64,000 bases of DNA, taken from positions 1,302,001 to 1,366,000 of the forward strand of contig NW_026867509.1 of NCBI RefSeq assembly GCF_020745735.1. The letters are read 5' to 3'. The notes beneath the pieces are model-generated. The model searched no databases, was not told the DNA's origin, and saw nothing but the letters and a program-made list of their open reading frames with translations. Shown here piece by piece: positions 25,173-38,079 of the stretch (positions within the stretch are counted from its first letter, which is position 1; every line of letters begins with the position of its first letter). This stretch comes from Hemiscyllium ocellatum. Lineage: Eukaryota. Both the position numbers and the translations under genes were made by a program.

Positions 25173-25490
25173 TCCTCAAAACAGACACTAGCTATGAAAA
25201 TTTCGGATCATGGTTTAGAAATGCAGTGTCAAGTGCACTATCAATAGGGACATAATCAATCCTCTGTCCAACGTTAAATATCCCAGAGTCAGAAAGTAAT
25301 ACAGCATCCCTCAATCCAACTCGTCCACGTCAACGATATTCCCCAGTTAAACTCTCCCACCTGCTTTGGCTAGCAACGCATCCATTCAAATTTTTCCTAT
25401 TCCTGCACGTAATGAAATGCATTTTAAGTGTTGTAAATATACATGCATCGGTCACTTCCTCAAAACAGAGAGTAGCTATGAAAATTTCGG
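25173..25490 (+). repeat. Templated insertion flanked by 34-bp direct repeats
   Basis: TCCTCAAAACAGACACTAGCTATGAAAATTTCGG (25173-25206) and TCCTCAAAACAGAGAGTAGCTATGAAAATTTCGG (25457-25490) flank the copy of 23401-23657. Confidence 0.85.
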
Positions 25491-25519
25491 TTTGCATGCA
25501 GACGATTGGGTGAGGGATT

Positions 25520-26600
25520 TGATAAGGTGTAAACAATATTTGGAGATAGACCTCATAGGGAGAGAAGAACATGTAGTCAGACAAATTAGTCGATAACGAT
25601 CCTGCTTGGAGGATGGGTAGCTATTATTGAATACCGCTTGTGGCTCCGAATGTGCCGTACCCAATAGCAGACTATGTGATAAGAAGGTCTGATGTGAGGG
25701 GTCTGTGTGAGGATATCGGAGAGCTCAAGACCCAAAGTTGTTGAACTTCACGTTGAGTCCAGAAGGCTGTCGTGTTCCCAAGTGGAAAATGAGGTCCTGC
25801 TCTATCAGTTTACGCTGAACTTTGCTGGAGCTTTTCAGCAAGCCTGAGACAGAAATGTTGGCCAGGAAGCAAGGTGACATATTGAAGTTGTCGGCAACGA
25901 GAACCTCCCGGTCTTTTTCGCAGACAGAACGTGGATTTTCTGCAAATCGCTCACTCAGGCGATGCTTCGCTGTCCCAATATAGACGAGACAAAATTGTGA
26001 AGAGGGAATGCAGTGGACTACATTGTGAGAAGTTCAGATAAAGCGTTGCTTCACCTGGAAGGTGTGCTTGTGCCGTTAGACACGAAGGAGGGCGGAAGTA
26101 AACCTAGACATTCCGTAATTGTAGTGGAAAGATTCGTGAAGTTGTCGGCTGGTGGCAGATTTGTTGGGCGTGAAGTCAGCATGTCCTTCAGGCAAGTGTC
26201 CCTGGGGAGGGCTGATACGGGAGGTGACGGAGATTTGTGTCTGGTGGTGGCATGTCACTGGCAAAAATGACAGCTAATTATCATCTTGATATGGTTACAG
26301 GTGGGAGAGCAAGTCAGGAAAATGGGAACTGGATCGCTGTGGTGGGATAGAAGAGAGAGTTGAGGACTGAAGTACGTGAGTTAGTTCGGACCAGTCAACA
26401 ACTTTCTGGGGAATCTTCCGTTGTGAAATAATATGGAGATTATGGAGGCTCCATTGCCGTACTTGGCATCGTCGGATACGTATTATGGAGATAGATGAAC
26501 TGGGAGAATGACACCGAGAAACTCAACAGGTCCGATAACGTCCGAAGAAAGGAAATAGCATTACGATTTGAAATCAGATGAAACAGAATAAGGGATGGAT
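25520..26600 (-). mobile_element. Penelope-like element fragment
   Basis: Minus strand ends in QPSGLNVKFNN, typical of the shark PLE GIY-YIG C-terminus; decayed. Confidence 0.5.
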
Positions 26601-26629
26601 CCTGGAATATATAAAATAATGCGGAAGAT

Positions 26630-26722
26630 TAGATTAGATATGATTCCCTACAGTGTAGAAACAGGCCCTTCAGCCCAACAAGTCTACATCGACACTCCAA
26701 AGAGTAACCCACCGAGACCCAT
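26630..26722 (-). mobile_element. SINE/LINE 3' tail fragment (HE1-like)
   Basis: GATTAGATTAGA...GAAACAGGCCCTTCAGCCCAACAAGTC matches the tail of the 11701 element. Confidence 0.7.
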
Positions 26723-28103
26723 GGCGTGATCCATAGTATGGAGAATTCATCTGGTCTACACATCTTTGAACTTTCATGCTGCCACTTTGGTAGGTAAAAC
26801 AGAATACTAGAATATTTCTTCAATTGTCTAAATTTGGAAGTTCTCCATGACCGAAGAGTTCTGTCAATCTTTGTTCTTATGTCACGAGAAGACAACATGC
26901 TAAAAACGTATAAGTGCTGTTGAGATTGGAATATTCTATATAGCTCAAATTAAACGATTAGTCTTTTTTAAAATATCTGTCAAAGATAAATTTGTCACAG
27001 AGGGAGAGCAACAATGCTTCACAAGACTGAATGTTGGAATGTTTGAATTGTTCTTAGACCGAAAACTGAGGACTCTGGAACTGTGTTCTCTACAACTTAG
27101 AAGAATGCAGGATGATCACACTTAACCTTAGTGCACCTTTCCACTATTGATTAAAAGCAACATTATACACGCAACAGACAGAAAAAAAGGTGTATCACAA
27201 ATAATTTTCTTAAATATATGCGAGAATTTGTTCTTGATGTAAATCATGTATCTGAATCACAATTGTCTTACAAATGTGTGTCCCCCCTCCCCCACCCCAC
27301 CTGATATGATCTTGCAGCCCGGCTCTCACTTACGAGGCTGATTGCAGATGTCGACGTTCAGGTTCAATTTTCCTGATCAGATATTTGACCGCGGACCCAC
27401 ACAACTGCTCAGTGTTAAATAATCACCCCAACTGATGGATTAAAACGAGGATAAGGTGGGGACGGAAGGAAGAGAAATTGTTGTTGTGTGTGGGGGAGAA
27501 ATAAACTTGCTTCTGGGTTCTTGCATGATCGCAGCTTCGCAATCTTGGCTCAACATTTAGGAACCAGTGAAAACACCGACCAAGCTCCTTACTGTCGGGT
27601 AAGGAGGACTGCAGCAATCGGTGACAGCACATATCCCCATCTTCAACCTTAGAACTTCTGTATACTGGGCGAATGGTCGAGGAGATAACATATCCCGCTC
27701 ACAGAGCTGGTGAAGTGACATAAAACTATCGATTCGCTCTGTAAATATGCTGCCTACTCAGACAACGCATGTCCAGAGAGACTGAGTCCACTCAGTCTTC
27801 TGCAATTCAACTCCATCCCTCTGGGGCAATGCAACCCCGCTCACGATCCAGTCTCCCAGACTTAACTCCAGAACCCCATCATCGAAAACGTCAGCTCTCG
27901 CTGCGGAAACACTGAGACCCCCCTCCCCCCACGTTAATCCTGTCTGTTTGACCTTTAAGTACCGATTGCAAAATAGCAACATTGTCTGGATTCAATACTA
28001 CATGGCTCCCCAAGATCGTCCGAATTACAGGAACGGTTTGGGGATTTAACTGTATCGTGTTGGTCGCTTCTAATGTTCACCAACCTCTCCGTTTAATTTA
28101 TAG

Positions 28104-28396
28104 CTTATTTCAGTCAGTTAGTAACACAGGATCCGACAACCATGACAAGGAAGAAGCGTCATTCTCTCTCCATTACCTGTGTTTAAAATGGTCATTCTTT
28201 GTTGTAATTACCTTTTTGATAATGGGCATTTCTTCATACAAACACAGTCAGCGACAGAGGGGGAGCGGATCTGCACCATCGGTAGATTTATTATAATAAT
28301 GAATAAAACACAAAATACATTTTCATTGGAAATTCAGGTTGTCAGATTTGAAGGCACCGCCACTTATTTCTGCAGAGCTCAGTACAGTTAAGACTG
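28104..28396 (+). pseudogene. NAR-TCR V pseudogene (second cassette)
   Basis: YFSQLVTQDPTTMTRKKRHSLSITCV*...NTFSLEIQVVRFEGTATYFCRAQYS aligns with V 478-762. Stop and frameshift; FR1 Cys lost; nonamer TCAAAAACT (28428-28436) retained, heptamer destroyed. Confidence 0.85.
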
Positions 28397-28759
28397 CGTA
28401 GCCTGATGGGCCTCGGTTTCATGTTGCTCAAAAACTCTCACTAGAGATTCACACAAAAACAAATTGACAACTGCATTAATCTGCCTGGAAGATCCTGTAT
28501 TTCAGCCTCACATGAATGTCTCACATTCCAGTTGGAAAGCAAATTTCACTCTTCAGCAATCATTTTTTCAGAATCTTCCCCAGAGCTTGTATGAAGTTTC
28601 GAGCTTCCTTCATTTGTATCATTTGTCAAACGATCAGGAAATAAGCTCAAACCAAAAAAAAATTGACACATACAATACTCGATATTAATCTAAATTTCCA
28701 GAATAAGAGAACTTTTCCCACTGCGTGCTGATGATTTCTCGACTCTTTGAGGTAGATTT

Positions 28760-28847
28760 GGTTCCTGTACAATGGAGATCGAGAGGAGCAAGGTGGTGAG
28801 ATTCGACGTCGTCTATGGATTTGGGACAATGGTGACTGTCGAAGTTT
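28760..28847 (+). pseudogene. NAR-TCR J pseudogene with decayed 23-RSS
   Basis: GGTTCCTGT-23-GGTGGTG, then RFDVVYGFGTMVTVEV; donor mutated to GGAAGT at 28848. Confidence 0.7.
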
Positions 28848-29829
28848 GGAAGTGACTCCACACTCCAAAGTGTTATCGATCTTTATAGTGAATGGATCGT
28901 GTATTATTGTGATCGTCAATTGCAAAAGAACGTTAAAACACACATTTTGGAAGGAACAGTCACCGTTGCTGCATCCGAATTACTGACAGAATATGAGAGT
29001 CGGATCCTGGATTGCTCAGGCAGAAGTCTCTTATGGAACCCAGCCTTGTGTCGGCAGTTTCACTGCACCAGCATCATCAGTAATTTCACATGTCAAGACA
29101 CGGATACTATTACCAGTGACATAATCTGGTTTTAATGAGGAAAGAGTAGTGAAATTCTGCCCTCTATTCTTGGACAGAAATCAGTCTGTTGCTTCGATTA
29201 AAAAAAACTTGCATCACAGTGACCCATAACAAGGCAGAGATTGAAGTCTCAAAGAGGTCCTAGATTGCAAAGATTCAATTAAAACACTTGTCCCACTAGA
29301 AAATCGATAGCATTTCTAGGCGAGCATCACATATAGGACCCATGAATTTATGTCTCGAGGACTTGTCCTTATTAGGGAATCCATTAAACGAATGATCAAA
29401 TTACCATTTTCAACTGTTTTCATATATGACTTCATAAAAGCAGTCACATTCCAAATTTTGCAGCCTCAGTCCCAATGTGAAACTGAAAATACCTTTTTTT
29501 TCATAATGTAGATGTTTTGAGACATTAGACTGCTTAAGAGAACGAAACCAAAGCGGGACAATGCTCATTTACAACCGAGAATAAACAATTCTTCAAAACG
29601 AATATGTTGACAACTCCTTGGGCATTCGTCAAAGTTCAACTCCATCGCCAGAGGGTTCGTTGAGCTCTGTGGATGGAAGTGCTTGAATGGGTTCCACCTT
29701 GGAATGGTGGGTCAAAGTTTGCTCTGCATACTTGTGTACGCCTGGATTTGTTTTGGAACAAGTGCAGCTAAGGTTAATCAGACAGTCCCCTGAGATAAAG
29801 TTATTGTCCTGTATGAAGCGATTGTGAAG

Positions 29830-30420
29830 TGGACGCTACATTGCTAACCAGTTAGAGGAAGGAAAAATGCTTTATTTTGAACTGATCCAAGTTTTAATGG
29901 AAATATATTTAGGGATTTTTACTCCAGGCTAAACAAGTCTGGAAAAGAGTCACAATTTGAGCGTAAGGGATCGGATATTGCAACTACAGAGAGGCATTAT
30001 ATTTCAGTGAAGTGATTGTCTTGAGTCTGTGTATTCCGTATCTCATAAAGCAGTGCAGTCCCAGAACTTGATCATTTTAACTGAATCTCTTTTCCTAGAG
30101 TACCAGAGAGGCGCAGTGAGACTTCAGAGAAATGTTACGTGCCATGACTGGGTGGTTGATACTTAGCCAAGAGGATTTAGGCATTCATGCATTATGTTCA
30201 CGAACAGAACAATCAAGTCGTGACGATGGGGAAATATTCAAAATGAATAATCCACAGAATGTGGAACTCGCCACCTAAAAAAAAAAGTTTGGAGCACGTT
30301 GTATTGAGTTACTTATGCAAGATTTTAAAATCACTTAGTAGGCAAACAGAGTGCATCTACAACGCATTCTGTTAAAGCAATGCCAATAAGATTTCTGACT
30401 GGGATGGACGTTAGCATATA
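29830..30420 (+). mobile_element. CR1-type LINE 3' fragment
   Basis: Decayed RT C-terminal sequence; boundaries approximate. Confidence 0.4.
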
Positions 30421-31386
30421 TGCACTCAGGCATAAATCAGTTTGTTCCAACGGTATATTCCCTATCTCTAGAATTAAGGCAAAACAAAACTGATCTCCAT
30501 TAGAATTAATCAGAAGTCAATACATCTCTGCAAATAATTTAAACTGAGAAAGAGCTGAAAGAGGATTTCTACGGAGTAACAACAAAACTACCGCAACAGC
30601 AGTGCAGATTCACCACAACTGTCTATTGAGAGAAGTTGGGACAGGTATCTACGATTGGAAGAAATTCAAATGGTATAAAGAAAATGCAGAGATAAAATAA
30701 AAATAAAGTGAAATTTTGCATGGTACAGGTAAACAGACAAGAAACGAAACTGATTTTAAAACAACAAGATCAGGTGGAATTTCCTGGACAGATGCCAACT
30801 GCAGAAAATTACTGAATTTTCATTACTAATCTATCACGTCATTGTTTCTCAGTCTTGCCATGCACTGTGGTACAAAACTATTGGATAGCTTTGGAGCAGC
30901 TATATTTGGAAATTGTCTCAGTAAGCATAAGAGGTTTCCTTGGGATTACCTTTTATCACAGTAAATCGGACGTAAAATATAATATCCATCAGAGAATAAA
31001 ATAGGTTTTCATTCGACCCTCCGCTGGTTACTGACTTTTTAAGAGTCCATTGCAATTGTTGCCACTGAAGATGCTTTTCCCCCATAACCATGCTTGTTGC
31101 CTTATGCTGCTGCTGTCCGTTACACTTTATAAAGTAGCTGTTCATTCAGTTCCAATCATCCGTTTTGGCAGCTCATTCGACAACATAGGAAGACGACATA
31201 CGTAAAAAAAAAGTGTCATCTTGTCATCTCAGCAATGTATGTTTTGAAAACAAAAGAGAATAGGTCCAATGGAATTCCAATAATGTTAACTGTCACAAAA
31301 AACAACTCAGCTCAATTTCGGAGATTTACAATTTCCCTTTGTAAACAGTGGCAGAATAATTAATAATGCTCAATGTTATTCCACAT

Positions 31387-31673
31387 ATACCAGTTAGCTT
31401 GTGTCCCAGAGTCCGCCTCTGCAAACGTTTGTTAGTGTTGACATTTTTGCACTGACGTGTGAACATTCGGGCTTCTGTCAGTCGACATTTTACTGGTGCA
31501 GTCTGCCGACAGGACAGGCTCCCGAGATGTTTCCTTCACAGAGGAGAGGCGAACAAAGAAAATGCTTCATGGGAAGGAAGTTTTGCGTCCATCCATACAG
31601 GAGTGAAAATCAGTCGGTTAATGATCTCCGAAATATAACTGAGAGATTCTGCAAGAAGTCGGTGTACAGTTCT
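31387..31673 (+). pseudogene. Supporting V-delta pseudogene (second cassette)
   Basis: VSQSPPLQTFVSVDIFALTCEHSGFCQSTFYW aligns with 4474-4783 and keeps both Cys23 and the CDR1 Cys. Acceptor AG changed to AT, TAG at 31395, frameshifts. Confidence 0.85.
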
Positions 31674-31920
31674 TAAAGTGATACAGATCATGGATACAGC
31701 TGTACAATATCCTGAACATTTGGTTGGTAGGGTGGTATGAAAACGTGAACATGGAGGGAAAACAAATGCAGTCATACAGGGCATGGAAGGAACCGTATAA
31801 AAACCAGAACATTGTTCGATTACTGACAAAGTGATACAGAACACGAAAAGAGCCGTACAAAAGAACTTGTTCATGGTAGGAATGATAGAAATAGTGACAC
31901 AGAAAGATCTGTTCAAAATT
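31674..31920 (+). repeat. Decayed tandem RSS array
   Basis: TAAAGTG-23-ACAATATCC (31674), TGCAGTC-23-ATAAAAACC (31767), CAAAGTG-23-ACAAAAGAA (31827), and a shortened unit at 31890; no intact CAC. Confidence 0.75.
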
Positions 31921-32299
31921 GTTTTGCAGTGGTTTGTAACGCTGGACTCGGAGAACCGTGTTAGGATGGGGTGTGATGAAAAGTTTGTCGACAAAACTGC
32001 CTTGGTTAAATGGCACCTATTGTTTGGCAATGAACTATTTATAGAGAAAACGTCATACTTATAGGAAAGGTTCTGGCATTCATGTCAACCAGCACTTGTA
32101 AGTTGCAAAAATTTTACACTTTGATATTGGAAAATCAATCAGTAAAGCGGCATCATATATTTAACATAAGAGGTGAATAATATTAGCAGATTCATCAATA
32201 CATTGCATATTCTAGGTGGATAAGCAGTGGAGGATCACACGTGTGTTGGACTCTTGGGAGGCAGCAAACACTCCGGGACGAATTGATTTCCACTTTCAT

Positions 32300-32510
32300 C
32301 ATATAGTGGTTGCGAGGGGTGAAAGCATCATCGAATAATATTCCTGTGTGTTTTGTATTTTCATGACGTTAACTTTCCTTTTTTTAAAGAAGGAAAATCC
32401 AAATAAGCTTTCCGGCATCAGTGAGAATTTAATCTCTGAAACCATAATTCCAAGAATGACCCAAATACCTTCTATCACTGCTCCCAGGAAAATCGAGCTA
32501 AAAGTCACTA
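32300..32510 (+). pseudogene. Possible highly decayed (NAR-like) V remnant
   Basis: GESII..SCVF, FLKK, and EFNL*NHNSKNDPNTFYHC with the same F-x-L...Y-x-C spacing as TFSLEIQDVRIEDAGTYYC; truncated. Confidence 0.3.
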
Positions 32511-35500
32511 AAACCTGAACATTGACTGTCAGAGATCAATAATACCGAAAAAGCAAAAATGTTCTGTCGTTTTCCACTTTTTGTTTATTTTTGGCCATTG
32601 CAGAGCTCGACTTTATCGTTTTCAAATTAATTACAATTATCACAATCGATTTCATTTTCTTTCCACAAATACATTTCTGTTGTTTGTACAGAGAGGTTGT
32701 CCCAAAGTCTCTCAGTTGTCAGTTGGTTTCACTTTATGCAGGTTCACTGTGGCTTTCCTGTTACTCTGAGGAATTGTCTCTTCAGCGTCTCTGACAACTT
32801 AAATTTCCTCGAAACTATTGTTTGATTCTGTCCAATATTTTCTGGACCTCATTCTCTGAATTTCATGTTGTACACGAGCTTCGAAGAAGTTACTGCATAT
32901 GTGACTAACTTAATAGGGCCTGACGTTTCCTCACATGGCCTTCGCTCTGCTAACATTAGCATATGTTAACAGTTGGAGTCATAAACCCACTTATGACTTT
33001 CTCCGTTCTGTGTTTTCCAAGTTTTACCCATTTCAGATGTCAATGGTTCTATTCGGTTCCAGTGTGTTTTTTGTATGAGTGCATCTTTCTTGATATCTCT
33101 AGTTGTTATTTTAGTGTGCTTCGATATGGATAGGCCTTTGTCGTGGAGTCATGCACCAATTCGAATTTCCGAATTTATTTCACTTAAACCGTGTAATAGT
33201 TAAACTATTTCTTTTCAGTATTGTCCTGGTTCCACGTTTTCTGGAGAAGCGAGATCCCATCTTTTCAAGTCTCTGTTATTATATTAATTTTTGATGGCAT
33301 CTTTTTCAGCTGGAGAATGTGCCTTCGGGTTCAAACATCAAATCAAAAATGAACGTTAAATTTAGCAACATAGAACGACACTTTAACCTCGAGCCTGCTC
33401 TGCCATTTCATATGATCATTTTGTTCCGGTCATGGCTAATGAAATATCGTGGATGTGTAAAGCTCCAATAGGACTCAAGAAAAACGATATCATCTCGTAA
33501 AATACAGTCAGTTTGATGTGTACTGTATGCAGAAGCGTTCACTACCTGCATCACTGACACTCAACTGGAGAAATATGTAACACCCACAAAAAGCACTGCA
33601 AACACGGACAGCATTCGAACACGAGGGTGAGTCTCCTAATGTCCGAATCGAATTCGATTTTCCCAGGATCAAACGCAAATTATTTGAATGATAGATGTTG
33701 CTCTGTCTTAATTATCAGTATACGTTCTTATTTTTCTCATCATGGTCACTTTGGAATACTGTTACAGTTGTGCTGAATCTTTCCAGGTACGAAAGATTAT
33801 TTTGCTCGCTCAAGTGCCTTCCTGTTACGTTTCCTTTTTGAGGTTAAATTTAATTCCAGTTTTAGAATGTTGAATGGGCCCAGATTATTGTTGTACTTTA
33901 TGTAAATCACTATGCATTCAAGTGCACACTGTTCCTGTTACAGTTTCACCAGGTCATGATTGTTGATAGACAAATTCACGCCTTCTTGATAAACAGAGTG
34001 AGCGCACAATTAATAAATGTACACGATCCTATTTACTGTTGTGTCACGACTGACAAAATTGTGTCAATTTCCAAATCAGCAACATTTGTCTGTTTCTATC
34101 ACACTGCATTGCAGTTATTCTGTGCAGTTCACGACAGTGAGAATAATTTCAGCTCACTCCCCGTTCATTGCTCAGGGATCATAGATTGGGGGTCAAAAAA
34201 CTGGACATTCATTGGGTGTCCCAATTGACGCTGCTATCGTTGACCCTCGACCGGTTATGACTCCACATCTATGCTTTGAGAGAAAACATTCCATCTTCAG
34301 ATTCCTCTTTTAAACGCACCGTCAGCCCTGCACTAAACGAAGTCAGCTTCAGCTCCATACATTCAAACGGGCCACCAACTGAATGCTGAAACAATTCAAC
34401 TTCACCTGCATTTGTTCAAACTCACTACCAACCGTGAAACCCAGCATCAGCTGTTACAATTTATTCACTTCGACTTCTGCAAATGTCTTAACAGTTACGT
34501 TCCTCACACTGTGATCGTTCTGACTTCCTGGTGACACTGACATATTGCCTTTTGGTTGTGCTCTCATTGAATTTGCAATTTGCTCCATTGCATTGATGTT
34601 AAAGTGGAACGGTAAAAACAACGACTTTGACATCTATATTTCTGCAGATGTCAGTTGAACAGACTGGGTCAAATAGGAGCCGCTTGCAGCGACACAGATA
34701 GAAAGAAATTCGGTAATATTTCACTTCAGACATTTGAACTTAACTAATTTCTACTCGTTAAAAGGAAAGTAAGTACGGTGCAGAATTTCCACATCCATGA
34801 TTAATCCCCTCTCCTGGAGAGGATTTCCAAGCAGGAAGTATTGACAAACAATTCTTTGCATTTCTGGGTAATTTCAAAGGAGAGGGGAGTTTCACCATCA
34901 TCGAGCTCCCTCTGTCTGACAGTGCACTTTATTATTGTGGTCGCAGACACAGGGACAGGAACCAAATGGCTGCTCTCACTGAAACTCTGGTGTAATGGGG
35001 AATGGTAAACTGGACACAGAGCACAGGGAAATTAAGCCTACATTTCATAAAATAGTCACGAATCGTAACTGATATGAAATGGAAATATAAATACTTAGAA
35101 AGTAGGTGTAGGTGCAGGCCATTCGGACTTTCGAGTCCGCAACATCGCTCAAAATGATCATGGATTCCGTGCTTCCTCTTCATGCTGCTTGATCCGTTTA
35201 GCTTAAACGGCCATGCCCTGCTCTCCCTTGAATATATCTAATGAATGGTCTCCAACAGCACTTTATGATAGAGAATTCTACAAGCTCACGACGATGTGTT
35301 TGAAGAGTTTTCTTTCCGACTGACATGATTGAACGGCTTACCGCTTGTTCTTAGACTGATCCTAATTTTGGACATTCCCAACATCGCGAGTATTCTTCCC
35401 GCATCGAAGCTGTCCAATGCCATCATGATTTCATGTGTTTCTTCAAAATACCGACTCCCTAACCTGCCCATTTTTATAAATTTCTACCACAAGACCAATT

Positions 35501-36059
35501 GAAACGATTTAAAATCCAAAGGTGACTGGTTGGAAAGGATTCATCTGTACTTTTTACATCGTACTCGTTGTGAACATACTTTATTGAAAAATTTATTGAA
35601 CAATTTATTGAAAAAAGCTTAGCAATATATTTTGCATTGTGAAATCGACTGAATACAAAACGAACCCTGGAAAATAGCAAAAGGCTTACAACAAGCACAG
35701 GCAGCGTTTTGGGAATTCTGAACAGAGCGACTGAAAGTTTAATGTAATCACGAATGCGATGTTTATTTCTCCTGCATGATCAGACATTGTTATGAACTTG
35801 ATACTGCATACCTTTGCATCTGTATATGAATGGATGTCAGTGTCATCATTTGCAAATGATAGAGTGAATGTCAGAAATATAGATATGGATACGAGAGGAC
35901 AAAAAGAGGTAAAGAAACAGTGGGACACATTCTCGAACAAAAATGGGGAGACACAGAAAAATCAAGGGACAGCAATATGGAGAGGCAGAGAAAAGCACAG
36001 AAACAGATGGATAGAGTCAGCGAACTTTGTCGTGCCGAGTGATAAGTAAATTGATATTA

Positions 36060-36340
36060 TGTGATGTAGAGAATGGAATACAGAAAGAACGAGAACGAAA
36101 ATAAAATAGAAGAAGAGGCTGATAGAGAAACAGAGGGAAAAGCGTAACTTGAGTTAAAAGTGAAGGCAACATTCAAGGAGAAATAATGGGAGGAATATAC
36201 CGACTGAAGAAAACTGAGCACGATTGAAAGACAAGAATAGAAAGAAGCACAAACAGAGAGAGAGAGACAACGAGGGAAAGTGACAGAGAGAAAGACAAAG
36301 GTGAAGTGAGAGAGAAAATCAAACTAAAATGTGGAATTGA
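36060..36340. repeat. GA-rich low-complexity tract
   Basis: Purine-rich degenerate (GA)n. Confidence 0.6.
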
Positions 36341-37609
36341 CAAACACGTCAAATTGGATCTGAGGAGATTGTACAACAGTGCAATGGATAATCATTTAAT
36401 GAAAGGGCGTGATAGACGTGGATTTGGAATTAAATTAAACAACAAGATAGAGGGAATCCAAAAGGCGTTTATGAAATCGAAATAAAGGACTGGCGCAGAT
36501 GCAGAACAAATGGACAGGACACGAAATTGAGGGATTTTTCATACAATCATGATTAGGGAGACCGCGAATGCAATGAAACAATCTGCAAATTGGGAGAAAT
36601 GCAACTGAAATAACACAACGGTTTAGAGGGTGAAATCGTGAACTCAGATCAGGCGCACACATCACTCGTGGGGGAGGGGGGGTGGAAAAAGTGTTTCTTA
36701 CGGCACAGGATTGGTTGAACGTTCAGTGCTGACTAAGGTTGAACACCAATCACTGTTGATCGCAGACAAATGACGTGTTCTGGTGGTTTCCGTCTCTCCA
36801 TGCTCTGTCTTTGTCTGTATCTACAGATTTGCGGTCTCTTCAGTACTCTGCTTCCTCTCTCAATCGCTTAAGCTGTCTACATCACAATAATGTACTGTGT
36901 CTGAACACAAATCTCGTTTTATCATGTCGTTCTAAATAGAATGTGTAGAAATTCCAATTCATCCAACTCTCCCAATCCAAACACGAGAAATTGCTTCTTG
37001 AATGGAAAATTCAATTCCATATCTGATTTAAAATGAAAATGGAAGCTTCTGCACAGAAATTCTTAGTATCCAGAAAGAGTGTGAGTCAGGTTTTTATCTG
37101 TATCATAGAGTCATAGATATTTTTCTTCTTGCAGCCAATTAAGACCAGAATATCATCGCGGTTTTCCTGATTTCACTTTCTTAAAACAACATGAAATGAC
37201 AGACATGGACGAAAGCTTAAGTTCAAAGGAGGAAAATAAGGTTTCATTTTGAAGTCGATATTATTTCCGCGTTTCTGCCTATCTGGAATGAATATTATAA
37301 ATACAGGAATAAAGCATAATAATGAGGCCTAATTATTTAAGAACACAATTTTGCAAACCTTCAATTTAGAGATTTTGTAGGCAAGACTATTTCACTCATA
37401 TTATGAGAAACCGAAGCTCCAAAGTCGACTTTGTAGCAGGTCCCGCTTTGCTACCATCAATGTTGTGTACTGGGTCACAAATCCGTTCGTTCTGGATTAA
37501 CAATCTGGTTCCATGATCTGAATTTTGCTTGGCAATGTATTATTCTGAGTTTAGCTAATCTAATAAACTTCTGGGATTACTGCTAGTATTTTGAATGGAG
37601 TACTAGATC

Positions 37610-37990
37610 GGCATAAATTCCACTTGATTCAGAATGTTGTGCTGGAAAAGAAATCTGTTGTTCTCTGTAATTTACTTTGCACCTCAACGTCTCAGGTACA
37701 AGAATAACTGTAATTTTCGTTCGACATTTGCCATTTTATTAATGCTGCGACGAAGATTTGTAACGGAAACAGAACACGGCTGAGCAATGCTGTTTGAAAT
37801 TTCCAAACAAAAAACACTTTTCGTTAGATGATTCCAATTAAACCTTTCTATAATAAGAGTGTTTACTTTGACCCTCCAACTTGCATTAATTAATGTCTTA
37901 AACTACAACTCTGATTAAAAGTAAAATATTTTGCAGTTGACAGAAGATGGATCTGTCATATTTTCTGTGTATACGAGGCAATGGTCTGCT
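37610..37990 (+). pseudogene. Possible highly decayed TCR V remnant
   Basis: VLEKKSVVLCN (FR1-like), GGTACAAG (WYK-like) and LQLTED..ATATTTTCTGTG (FR3-like); no RSS recognised. Confidence 0.2.
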
Positions 37991-38079
37991 CCCGCACCAC
38001 GTGCTGCAATGTTGCACACAAAAGAAAAGGAGCAGTAAAACAGAAGAGCTGTACAGACTCTGCACATCTTCACAGAGCC

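Noticed and set aside
27500-27727. V-like FR2 fragment followed by CACAGAG-11/12-ACATAAAAC
   Set aside because: No FR3/YYC before the heptamer; similarity is too weak to call.
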